Positions 37,001 through 46,890 of a DNA stretch of 64,000 bases are shown here, piece after piece. The notes below the pieces were generated by a model, which had not been told where the DNA came from, did no database searches, and saw nothing but the letters and a program-made list of their open reading frames with translations. The DNA is taken from assembly GCA_028534125.1 (NCBI GenBank), contig CM052817.1:25670001-25734000 (forward strand), in the 5' to 3' direction. Made by a program: the position numbers and the translations under genes. This stretch comes from Lama glama. Lineage: Eukaryota. The stretch's first letter is position 1. Every line of letters starts with the position of its first letter.

Positions 37001-39548
37001 GTAAGATACATTTTTCTACAAATGTGTCCTTATGTTTCAAATTTATTGATTTAAGTAATAAGCATAATCATCTCCTTACATTTTTAATTTCTATGTCCCT
37101 TTTTCATTCCTTATGTTAGTTACTTGTGCCTTCTCATTTCTTGATTATTCAGTTTTAGTAGGCAGAATAATGACCTCCCAAAGATGTCCACATGCTAATT
37201 CCCAGAACCTGTCAATATGATACATTATATGACATACATTACATGATACATTACATGACAAAGAGAAACTAAGGCAAAAGATGGAATTAAAATTGCTGAT
37301 AAACTGTTCTTAAAATAGGGAAATTATTCTGGATTATCTGGGTGGGCATAATGCAATAATAACTGTGCCAGAGTGATAAGATGCAAGAAACACTTGACAG
37401 GATATTGCTGGCTTCAAAGATGGAAGGAAGCAGCAAGTCAAGGAAAGCAGGCTGCTTCCAGAAGCTGAAAAAGACAAGAAAATGGATTCTTTCCCAGAAC
37501 CTCTGAAAAGAATGCAGCCCTACTAACACCTTGCCTTTAGCCCAGTGAGAGCTCTGTTGGACATCTACCTACAGAACTGTAAGATAATGTATTTGTATTG
37601 TTTTAAGCTACTAAGTTTGTGGTCATTTGTGCAGCAGCCATTAGAAACTAACTCATCAATCACTCCAGAAGTGGGTCCATTTTTTACCCCCCTGGTAACC
37701 ACAAGTCTGTATTCTCTGTCCATGAGTCTATTTCTGTCCTGTATTTATGTTTCAGAAGTGGGCCCATTTAATTAGTCTTTCCAAAGAACCAACTTCTGAC
37801 TTCATTGATCCTTTCTATTCTATCTTTTAATTCCATTGACTTTTGCTTCTGTCTTTATTATTTCCTGGCTTCTACTTCCCTTGGGTTTATCTCACTGTTC
37901 TTTTGATATCTTATATATAAGTATTTAAACTTTCTTCTAAATACCTACCATTTTTATATCCCACAAGCTTTAGTAGATACTATTTGTATTATCATTCAAT
38001 TATTACCACTTTCTAATTTTCATTTTGATTTCTTCTAATTCATGGGTTGCTTAGAAGTCAACTTTTTACATTTCCAAATACATTGTTTGTTTTTAGTTTT
38101 CTTTTTATTACTAGAGTCTAGCTTAATTGTATTTAGTCAGATATGTATATCAAAGATTGTTTGAAATTTATTGTGGTTTATTTACTTTCATGACCTGGGA
38201 TATGGTGAATTTTTATAAGTTCCTTAAGTGCCTGAAAACAATATGTATTTCCAGATATTAAAGCAAAGACTGTAACAAGAGACAAAGAATGACATTACAT
38301 AATGATAATGGAATCAATCCAAGAAGATAGAAAAATTGTAAATATATATGCAGCCAACATACATAAAGCATGTATTAACAAATATAAAGACAGAAATTGA
38401 CAGTAATGCAGTAACAGGGAACTTAACACCCCACTTACATCAATGGACAAATCATCCAGACAGAAAATCAATAAGGAAACACTGGCCTTAAAGATAGATT
38501 AGACCGGATAGACTTAATAGATATATGTAAAACATTCCATCCCAAAGCAGCAGAATGCAGATTCTTTCCAAATGCACGTGAAATGTTCTCCATGATAGAT
38601 GTCATGCTAACCCACAAGATAAGTCCCAATAAATTTAGAAGATTGAAATCATATCAAGTATCTTTTCTGACCACAATGTTATGAGACTAGAAATCAACTA
38701 CAAGGAAAAAGTTACGAAAAAACACAAACAGATGGAGGCTAAAAAATATGCTACTAAGCAACCAGTGGGTCACTGCAGAAATCAAAGAGGGAATTTTTTT
38801 AAATACCTGAGGACAAATGCAAATGGAAACAGAATGACCCAAAATTTATGAGATACGACAAAGGCAATTCTAAGAGGGAAGTTTATAGTGATACAGGCTT
38901 GCCTCAAGAAATAAGAAAAATCTCAAGTAAACAATCTTACACTTAAAGGAACCACAAGAAGAAGAATGAACAAACCCCAGAGTTAGTAGAAGAAAAAAAT
39001 CATAAAGATCAGAGCAGAAATAATGAAATAAAGACTAAAAAAAATTAGAAAAGATCAATTAAACTAAGAGCTGATTCTTGGAAAACATAAACAAATTGAT
39101 GAGTCTCTAGCCAGATATTCAAGAAAAAGAGAGAGAGGGCCCAAATTAATAAAATCTGAAACAAAATAGAAGTTACGACTAACATCACAGAAATACAAAG
39201 GATCATAAGAGATTGCTAGGAACAGTAAAATACCAATAAAAAGCAATCTAGAAGAAATGGATAAATTCTTAGAAATGTACAACTTCCCAAGACTAAATCA
39301 AGAGGAAATAGAAAACATGAACAGTCAAATTCGTAGTAATGAAATTGAATCAGTAATTTAAAAACTCCAAACAAACAAAAGTCCAGGACCAGAGAGTTTC
39401 ACAGGTAAAGTCTACCAAACATTTAAAGAAAAGTTAGCAGCTATCCTATTCAAACTGTTCCAAAAAACTGAAGAGGAAGGAATGTTTCCAAACTCATTCT
39501 ACAAGGCCAGCATCACCCTGATACTAAAACCAAAGATATCACACACAG

Positions 39549-39579
<31 letters not shown>

Positions 39580-42500
39580 TATAGGCCAATATCACTGAAA
39601 ATCTTAGCAAACTGAATTCAACAAATATTAAAAAGGTCACACTCCATGATGAAGTGGGATTAACCCAGGGATGCAGGGATGACACTGTCCACAGAACTGG
39701 AACAAATAATTGTAAAATTTACATGGAAACACAAAGACCCCAGATAGTCAAAAAATCTTGGGGTGGGGGGAAGAACAAAGCTGGAGCTATCACATATCCT
39801 GGTTCCAAATTATACTACAAAGCTACAGTAATCAAAACAGCATGTTACTGGTGCAAAAACAGGCACACAGATCAAAGGAAAAAAATAGAGAGCCCAGAAA
39901 TAAACCCACACTTACATGGTCAATTAATCCATGATGGAGGCAAGAATATACAATGGGGAAAAGACTGCCTTTTCAATAAATGATGTTGGGAAAACTGGAA
40001 TGATACATGCAAAAGAATCAAACTGGACTACTTCTCACAGCACATACAAAAATAAACTCAAAATGGATTAAAGAATTTAAATGTAAGACCTAAAACCATA
40101 AATCTTCCAGAAGAAAACATAGGCATTATGCTTTTTGACATTGGTCTTAGTAAGATTTTTTTGGATCTGTCTGCTCAGGCAAGGGAAACAAAAGCAAAAA
40201 TAAACAAATGGGACTACATCAAACTAAAAAGCTTTTGCATAGTGAAGAAAACTACCAGCAAAACGAAAAGGCCACCTACTGAGTGGGAGAAGATACTTAC
40301 AAATGATACATCTGATAAGGGGTTAACATCCAAAATATACAAAGAATTCATACAATTCAACATCAAAAAACCAAACAAACCAATCAAAAAGTGGGTCAAG
40401 GATCTGAATAGACTTTCCAAATAAGACATACAGATGGCCAACAGACACATGAAAAGATTCTCAACATCACTAATTGCCAGGTAAATATAAATCAAAGCCA
40501 CGATAAGATGCCACCTCACATCTGTCCAAACTGCTATTATCAAAAAGACAACAAATAAGCATTGGTGAGGAGGTGGAGAAAAAGGAACCCTCGTGCACTA
40601 TTGGTGGGACTGTAAATTGGGGCAGCCACTATGGAAAACAGTATGAAGTTTACTCAAAGAAATAAAAACTACCATTGATCCAGAAATTCCACTTCTGGGT
40701 ATTTTTCCAAAGAAAACAAAAACACTAATTCAAAAAGATATGTGTACCCCTATGTTTGTTGCAGCATTATTTACAATAGCCAGGATATGGAAGCAACCTA
40801 AGTATCCAAGGCGAATAGACAAAGATGTGGCATACATAGGTGACCCTTGAACTACACGGGTTTGAACTGCGTGGGTTCACTTCTCCACGGATATTTTTTC
40901 AATACTAAACACAATAGTATTCCACAATCCACAGTCAGTTGAATCTGCAGATGCAGGACCATGGATGTGGGGGAACTGCATATTCAGAGGGTCGACTATA
41001 AGTTATAGACAAATTTTTCACTTCCAAGACAGTCAGCATCCCTAACATCTGTGTTGTTCAAGGGCCAATTGTATATTCACTGGAATATTGGGCAGCCTAG
41101 AGAATGATGAAATCTTGCCATCTGTGACAACACAGATGCACCTAGACTGTATTACGCTAAGTGAAATTAGTCAGACAGAGAAAGGCAAATACTGTATGAT
41201 TTTACTTACATGTAGAATCTAGAAAACAAAATAAACATAACAAAACAGACTCACAGATACAGAGAACAAACTGGTGGTTGTCAGAGGAGAGGAGGGTAAG
41301 CGGAAGAGTGAAATAGGTGAGGGCAATTAAGAGATACAAACTTCCAGTTATAAAATAAATAAGTCTCAATTTTGTAACGTCCAGCATGGGGAATGTAATC
41401 AATAATATTGTAATAACTTTGCATGGTGACAGATGGTAACTAGACTTTTTGTGGTGATCATCTTGTAATATATAAAAATATCAAATCATTCTGTTGTACA
41501 CCTGAAACTAATATAATATTGTAAGTCAATTATACTTCTATTTAAAATTTTTAATTAAAAAATTCTGAAGTCTATAACCACATATACTGCATAAAGATAT
41601 TAAGAAAAAAATTAAAGCCATAATAAATTTCTTTTTCACAGGAATTAAAATATATATATTAGCTGCCAGGATAGGAGTTTATGGCTTAGCTGCCAAATTT
41701 ACAAAGACATTAGTTAAAATAGTTGCTACCCTTTGGTCACACGTCTGCCTCTTTAGCAGTTGGCATAGACTCAAAAGAGTATCGAATTCAACAGCAAAAA
41801 CTCAATTATATTTCCATTTGGGTCCAACAGTTGAAGCTTCCCTAGTAATATTGAGTGGGAAAGCGTGAAAAAGGTCATGTTGTGTATAAATGATACATTC
41901 ATGGTGTTAACCATTTTAGGACCAGAGGAGTCTAGACAGGATATAGATTTATTCATAGATCATGTGGGGAAGACCATTTAAAATATTTCCTTGGAGGAAG
42001 GGGCAAGGTTTGGGGTCACTTTTAATTTATAGTAGTAGTCTATGAAAGGCAGATTTGGGACATAAGAAAGAGATTGCTGATTTTACTTGTCAAAACAAGA
42101 AAAGTAAATGCACATAATGAAATTCTCCATTGGGGGAAAAAGTAAGAAGAATGACTCAGAGTAGAGAGTTGCATATCTCTTAGGTATAAGATTCTGTGAA
42201 ATAAATTTCAGAGGCTGCACAACTTCAAAGTTCTAGGTTTATGATGAAATTTTATGTTTCAACAATGTAAGATGAGGAACAAATTGCCTTGCCTACCTAA
42301 ATCAAAAGATGATTGTCAGGCTCTGATGAGAAATGCTTCCTTCCAGAAAGCATTTTCTTTTTTTATTTCTTTTACAGTACTTTTAATTTCCTTTACAATA
42401 TGACTCAGAATTTTTATTTAATCAACAAATACTCGTTGAGGGGCTTCTAATGTGGCAGGTATTGTCCTAAGTGCTTGATACATGAACAAACAGACAAAAA

Positions 42501-45500
42501 CCTCATTTTCATTGAGTTTACTTTCTGTTTGGAGAAATCAGGCAACAACAACAACAACAAAACACTAAATAAGTAAATAATATAGGTGATAAGTGCTAAG
42601 GAGAAAAGGAACAGAGCAGTATAAGGGGAAGATACAGCACCATAGTAATGCTTTAGAGAAAGCCGTTTTTTCTATAAAACCACAAAGGATATACAGAGAG
42701 AGCATTTATCCACCAGTGCAAATGAATGAGACAGGTAATTCAAAAGCATCCCAAGCAAGGGTTGCTGGCATTGTAACCTAACCCAGGAGACAACAAGGCC
42801 ATTTCCGCCAAAGCAGTGAAAAACATTTTCAGCAGTATTTTTTTTTTTTTGGCAGTACATATTGTCTGAAATATATATGTAAAAATACTGTGTCCATCAA
42901 TAGGCATTTTAAAACTGTAATGATTCAGGAAACTCAGTAAGAAATAAAATCTTTCAGCAAAGCCAATTTATCCATCGAGATTTGTTCCTTCTTTCCAAAG
43001 ATTTTCCAAATAGTCCCCCTTGAGAATGATGCTTCACTATCAATGAGTTGAAATATTTAATGAGGTGAAATGAGTTATTATATGTAAAAAAAAAAACTTG
43101 GTATGTAGTAACTATATATGTATGTACAAGTATTTATTAAATTAAAAAAATTTTAATGATCATGACTATATCCCAAACCTGATTGGGGATTACTGATTGA
43201 ATAATTAATGAGCCAGCCAATAAGAAAATAAAGTGCCCGGTTTTTTGAGAATTAGGTAACAATTTCACAAATTAATTGCAGTTACCTTGATAACACTGTT
43301 CTTTATGATATAGACATAAGTAATATGTACATATCCTTATATGTTTCAGGGTTTATCCTATAGTTTGTGAATATTTAAAGTTCCTGTTATCCTTTGTTTT
43401 CTTCAGTTTCACTGCTTACTATAGTACCATTTCCATCAGAAAGTGTGAGTTGTGGGAGGAGGGGCAATGAAAGCTGGTAAACATCTTTTGTCAGTTTGGC
43501 TCTTAAGAGGGGAAGTCAAAACAGCTAGGTAAAATTAGGTTTGAGGTGTTTTCATCTGTGCTATTCCTGGCCCTTGTCACCACAATCAGGAACACACACC
43601 CATAAGTCACTAAAATTTCTGGTTTCAAGAATTTCTGAGAAATCAAAATAAGTATATTTTATTTGAAAATCAATAACAATTGCTTCTTTTAGAAAGTGTT
43701 CCTGCAAGCAGCTAAGGAGAAATATTAGGTGATCATTAGAACTCTGACAGTTACTTCTCTATGCAAACAAAAATGGAAGAAACATCACCCCCCAGACAGG
43801 ACTGGAAGCCACATTTATGTTCCCTTTGCACCTCTTTACATCGCTATTTTAGTAATTTCCATGTTGTATTTAATTATTTACCAGTCAGTCCTCCCCTTGA
43901 CTGAAAACTTTTTGAAGGTAGAATTGCCTTTCATTTTTGTAGCCTTGTGTTCCTAGTATCCGTAAGACACTATTCATGAGTGAAAGAATAAATAAATAAA
44001 AGACTCTGAAATTTAGATGAGTTAATCAGATCTCTCTCTTACGTACTGTAAGTCCACCAAAAGCAGGTTGGTAAAGTCACTTGTTTGGGACAACCCAGCT
44101 CCCTTAATTTCAAGAAACTCTGAATAAAAACATACCCATCGCTTTTTACATCTCTATTATCTAATTCAATCTGAGAGTATCAAACCATTGTATTCACCAC
44201 TGTATCTTAGTGTAAGCGGCCTTTCCAGTAAACTGAAAGCTAGAATAGGCTATCTTGCCAGCACATACCAATGCAAACTCATTAAAAGCTCCAAACACCA
44301 TTGGAGAAGTTCCCTTTGGTAAAGTTAGACTAAATAACTTATCCTATGTGATTATAATAATTGAATATTCTGAGTAATGATTATTCAGAGACTCAAATAC
44401 ATTCTTGATGAAAAATGATCAAACACAGTGCTCTATTTTTAACTTAGGCCTTCAGAGGGTTTATTATTTCAAAATCAAATCTATTAAACCTTGTGAATAC
44501 ATTATTCCTCATTAAGATTCCTTTTGAATTCATATGACATGTTAAAGGCAGTGTATCAGTAAATAATTTATAAGTAAAAATCATTTTATAATATTTATCC
44601 TGGAAATTGAAGTGAATAGAACATAAAAAAAGAATGAAAAGAAGATGCAAATAACTGATAGGGAGGGTAAGACTACACAGGCGATTCTCAAGGTTAATTT
44701 TGGCACTCCTGGAACACTCTTATCATCTAAATAATCTTACTAGATATTTTATGAAGTACACTAGTTAACAAGTCAAATCATTTCATAAGGCATTACTGTG
44801 ATTAAAAATACTTTAAAAAGGCAAAACAATTATGTTTCCTTTGTTTAATCAATATAGAACTGTATAAAATAAGGTTATATGAACTTGCTCTTGGTAATCC
44901 ATAAACCATTATAAAATATAAAGCATTATTATTACACTATTGCATGTGTAAAACATTTTGCCTAAGAATCAACTTTTCATTTGTGGTGGCTCTGTGCAAA
45001 ATTCCTGCTACCACAAAATAACATTAGGACAAGATGGTGGTTTTCAAGCAGTTTTGTTTGTTGGCAACAAGGATAGTTCCTTTGATACAAAATTCTCAAA
45101 TAAATCCATCACTTCAGAAAGAGTTGGAGGAAATATCTACATTGCTTTTGGACCAGGAAAAGAGAAATGGCTATTTTAAGTTTGAGGAGGCAGTAAAAAT
45201 AGTATTGGAAGCTAATGTAATTAGTTATAAAACTAAGCAAACAAATACGGTTGATTATCCTTGAGCTATCTGCCCCCACAACAGAAAAACTTTTAACATG
45301 CTCTTAGTCACTGATCCTCATAAAACATTAGCCAATGGTTAGCAAGTAGATCATTAAATCTTTTTAGGCTGATTATCTGGTTTTTATTAGATCCAATCCA
45401 TTTTTTTGAAGGTGCTAGATAAAACTAATTGACCTACCTTAGACAACTATTAAATGAGCTTACCCTCAGCCCACAACAGCTTAAAAATTGAAATAGGTTA

Positions 45501-46701
45501 TGTCCATTCCAATTCTAACTATTCTTTTTATAGTTTCACTCAGTGAAATCAAGAATTAAAAATATATGCTATGATTGCTTAACCTAAGCAACATAATCCC
45601 AGAAAATAGAGAAATTTGAAAAATTCAATTATTCACAAAATTGCACATTCATAGCGTTTATTTAGCAAAAATATTTTATCTGCTACTTCACATCATATAT
45701 ATGCAATATTAAGTAATCGTTGCAATATGTAACCAAATGTAATTAGCAAAAATGTTTTATGTGGCCACTTCGTATTATGTATACACAGCAATAAATAATC
45801 ATTGCAAAAGTCATCAAATATAAGCTTTTCTCTGATTTTAATCAAATTTATATGATAACTTTTTAAAAAAAAGAATACAGCATTTTCTTTTTACTATTTC
45901 TTCTTATTAAATGCTAGGGAGCACAATTACCATTCAAACAATCACACTGATATATTTTCAAAGTTTTTACTGACATATAAAAAAATTTCAAATTTACATC
46001 TATTTCTTTTCCTACCCTAGGTTTCAACAATCATATCACGATTTTCTGAAATATCCAGAGTTCATTTTGTTCCATTTTTCTCTAGTTACAAATATACCTC
46101 TGCTTAAATTTGTACCCATCTTATTTTAGCTGTATTTGAAAAAAATCTTAATACTATTTTTTCCCCAAAAAGTGGCAGTAAGTTATTTGTGTAAAACAGT
46201 TGTGATGGAGGGAATTCAAGCATTTTTAACGTGGTAAATGTTACTTTCTTTACAAAATAATTCCAGGATGTAAACTATACTTAAAACTGTTGTGAAAGAA
46301 ACTTTCAAAGAGCAAAATCATATGATGAGGTTTTTGTAAACTCGGTGTTTGAAAGCTAGACTACAGATTTTAAACATTTCTTTTCATTTTTTCATTTCAT
46401 TACTATACGCTACAATACTTAAGTACTGTGAGTAAGATTGCTATACTATGTAATAGTCGACTAAAATTGCAGTCTCACTTTATTAGCTTTTCAGACATAG
46501 AAGTTCAGCCTATGCAGCATGTATCCAAAACAAATAGGCCTTTCCTGTAACCATTAGCTGACAGAATTTTCAAAAATTCAAAAAGGAAAAGTAGTTTGTA
46601 ATTAAATACTCACCTTTTGGTGTCTTGAAATATTCCGGCAAAGTTAAAATGAACATGATCACTATTGCCAAAAGTAATTTAAGGAGGGCTGTTTTTGTCA
46701 T
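10015..46701 (-). CDS. TMEM156: Transmembrane protein 156, full spliced CDS span (7 coding exons, 942 nt, 313 aa; type I membrane glycoprotein)
   Basis: Exons of 88+270+261+120+84+106+13 nt join in frame through GT-AG introns. The translation [29 protein letters not shown]...[11 protein letters not shown]...[21 protein letters not shown]...[22 protein letters not shown]... matches human TMEM156 as I recall it. Confidence 0.96.
10136..10417 (+). mobile_element. 5'-truncated young L1 3' end with 14-bp TSD
   Basis: L1 3' UTR motifs (GGTTACCAGAGGGG...TGCTGTACACCAGAAA...AATAAA). Perfect TSD AAAACTGTGTCTTA at 10122-10135 and 10418-10431. Confidence 0.9.
11279..11682 (+). mobile_element. ERVL-class LTR (LTR33/LTR16-like)
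   Basis: Begins TGTCTTAGTC and ends TTTCCTGCCAGGACCTTTGACTGATA. Confidence 0.5.
12347..12452 (-). CDS. TMEM156: TMEM156 coding exon 6 ([35 protein letters not shown])
   Basis: Acceptor ctccttcttaaacag|cag (NAGNAG) and donor ACG|GTGAGT; 106 nt with no in-frame stop. Confidence 0.93.
13340..13429 (+). mobile_element. About 90-bp young L1 3' tail with TSD
   Basis: CATGACTGGGACATTGTGCTGTACACCAG...CTGTACTTCAAT flanked by AAAAATTTTT(T)GATA at 13326-13339 and 13430-13444. Confidence 0.85.
13450..16140 (-). mobile_element. Old degenerate L1 (L1MC/ME-type)
   Basis: T-rich L1 signatures. The minus-strand translation at 15912..16142 ([14 protein letters not shown]...[14 protein letters not shown]) resembles L1 ORF2. 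Confidence 0.75.
16581..17210 (+). mobile_element. MaLR LTR (MLT1E-like)
   Basis: Begins TGCGGGAGGCAGAATTCTAAGACGGCCCCCAAGATTCC and ends TGTTTTAAGCCACTAAATTTGTGGTGATTTGTTACACAG. Confidence 0.8.
17255..17375. mobile_element. MER5A-like hAT-Charlie fragment
   Basis: TAAAATGCAGGTTCTAGGACCC...GATTCTGATGTAC...AAGCTTCAGAA. Confidence 0.5.
23113..23135. repeat. (AT)n microsatellite
   Basis: Visible in the sequence. Confidence 0.9.
24753..24836 (-). CDS. TMEM156: TMEM156 coding exon 5 (cytoplasmic, [27 protein letters not shown])
   Basis: Acceptor tttcttttcttggaatag| and donor CAG|GTGAGT; 84 nt, in frame. Confidence 0.95.
26082..26337. mobile_element. MER81-like hAT-Blackjack MITE carrying an internal ~31-bp tandem expansion
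   Basis: Ends CAGGTCTCACATTCAGC and CCATTCTGATAGGTGCC...TAGTTGTTAATTCTTTTTGAGTATCA resemble the recalled MER81 termini. Confidence 0.6.
26096..26250. repeat. Minisatellite, about 5 copies of a 29-31 bp unit (AGCCAGTATATGCATGGGTACATGCCCATGG)
   Basis: Units begin near 26096, 26127, 26158, 26189 and 26218. Confidence 0.85.
26825..26944 (-). CDS. TMEM156: TMEM156 coding exon 4 (transmembrane helix [17 protein letters not shown] followed by basic residues)
   Basis: Acceptor atttttctttgcag| and donor AAA|GTAAGT; 120 nt, in frame. Confidence 0.96.
28753..29013 (-). CDS. TMEM156: TMEM156 coding exon 3 (ectodomain, [19 protein letters not shown]...LEMDVK)
   Basis: Acceptor ccttaatctctttctag| and donor AAA|GTAAGT; 261 nt; overlaps ORF-track 28640..29005. 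Confidence 0.96.
29117..29616. other. Assembly gap (500 N) in TMEM156 intron 2
   Basis: Run of exactly 500 N following an A tract. Confidence 1.
30682..30951 (-). CDS. TMEM156: TMEM156 coding exon 2 (ectodomain, [17 protein letters not shown]...QEQTSK)
   Basis: Acceptor ttttttccttttatag| and donor AAG|GTAAAT; 270 nt; overlaps ORF-track 30635..30943. Confidence 0.96.
31339..31815 (-). mobile_element. MaLR LTR (MLT1B/C-like)
   Basis: GGGCTGCTATAGCAAACTACTACAA...TTAAAACAA...ACAGTTCTGAAGGCCAGAAG...CTTAACTTAATCACATCTG. Confidence 0.8.
32487..32718 (-). mobile_element. 5'-truncated young L1 3' end with degenerate TSD
   Basis: Poly-T followed by TTTCTGGTGTACAGCATAATG, the same family as 10136-10417. 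Flanks are CCTACTTACACATC and CCTACTCATACATC. Confidence 0.85.
34262..34852 (+). mobile_element. Nested L1 3' fragment (L1MC/ME-type)
   Basis: Translation [10 protein letters not shown]...[10 protein letters not shown] is an L1 ORF2 C-terminus; ends TATGTAAATTATACCTCAATAA. Confidence 0.8.
37155..37655 (+). mobile_element. MaLR LTR (MLT1D-like)
   Basis: TAGTAGGCAGAATAATGACCTCCCAAAGATGTCCAC...TGTTTTAAGCTACTAAGTTTGTGG...GCAGCCATTAGAAACTAA. Confidence 0.85.
37683..37752 (-). mobile_element. 70-bp L1-3'UTR-derived insertion with 17-bp TSD
   Basis: Flanked by CAGAAGTGGG(T/C)CCATTT at 37666-37682 and 37753-37769. Confidence 0.7.
39540..39577. repeat. (AC)n microsatellite
   Basis: Visible in the sequence, with one interruption. 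Confidence 0.95.
40837..41071. mobile_element. Tigger2-derived MITE nested in the L1
   Basis: Terminal inverted repeats TAGGTGACCCTTGAACTACAC and GTGTTGTTCAAGGGCCAATTG, the latter followed by TA. Confidence 0.85.
46614..46701 (-). CDS. TMEM156: TMEM156 coding exon 1 (signal peptide, [29 protein letters not shown])
   Basis: ATG at 46701 in aaaATGa context, a hydrophobic N-terminus, and donor AAG|GTGAGT at 46614/46613; 88 nt, phase 1. Confidence 0.96.
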
Positions 46702-46794
46702 TTTCTATTCACATGATACACGTGTTCCCATCAAGTACACTGATGGCATGTTTCTTCCTGGTTTAAGTTTCATCTCTGCGGTACTTTAAGTTTA

Positions 46795-46890
46795 TGCAGT
46801 TTACCTCATACTCACTTCCTCTTGGGTAAGACTTTATAAAAAGTAAGCCTTGAACTGAGATGTCTTCATTTTGAGTTACTTTCCACTAAG
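46795..46890 (-). promoter_or_regulatory. TMEM156: Putative TMEM156 core promoter: TATA-like TTTATAAA and ETS/PU.1 site AAGAGGAAGTGA
   Basis: Minus strand reads TTTTTATAAAG at about 46841-46831 and AAGAGGAAGTGA at 46823-46812, roughly 110-140 nt upstream of the ATG. Confidence 0.55.

Larger units (their letters stand above)
33780..38245 (-). mobile_element. Old degenerate L1 interrupted by nested insertions
   Basis: L1 3' UTR and ORF2-like remnants, e.g. [13 protein letters not shown] in ORF 35701..35916. Confidence 0.75.
38255..41562 (+). mobile_element. L1 (L1MA9-like), 5'-truncated ORF2 remnant plus 3' UTR, with an internal deletion
   Basis: Endonuclease-region remnants and ORF2 C-terminal peptides ([31 protein letters not shown]); A/T tail at about 41540-41562. 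Confidence 0.92.

Noticed and set aside
39654..40543. ORFs with protein-like sequence
   Set aside because: Frameshifted L1 ORF2 remnants and their antisense, not host genes.
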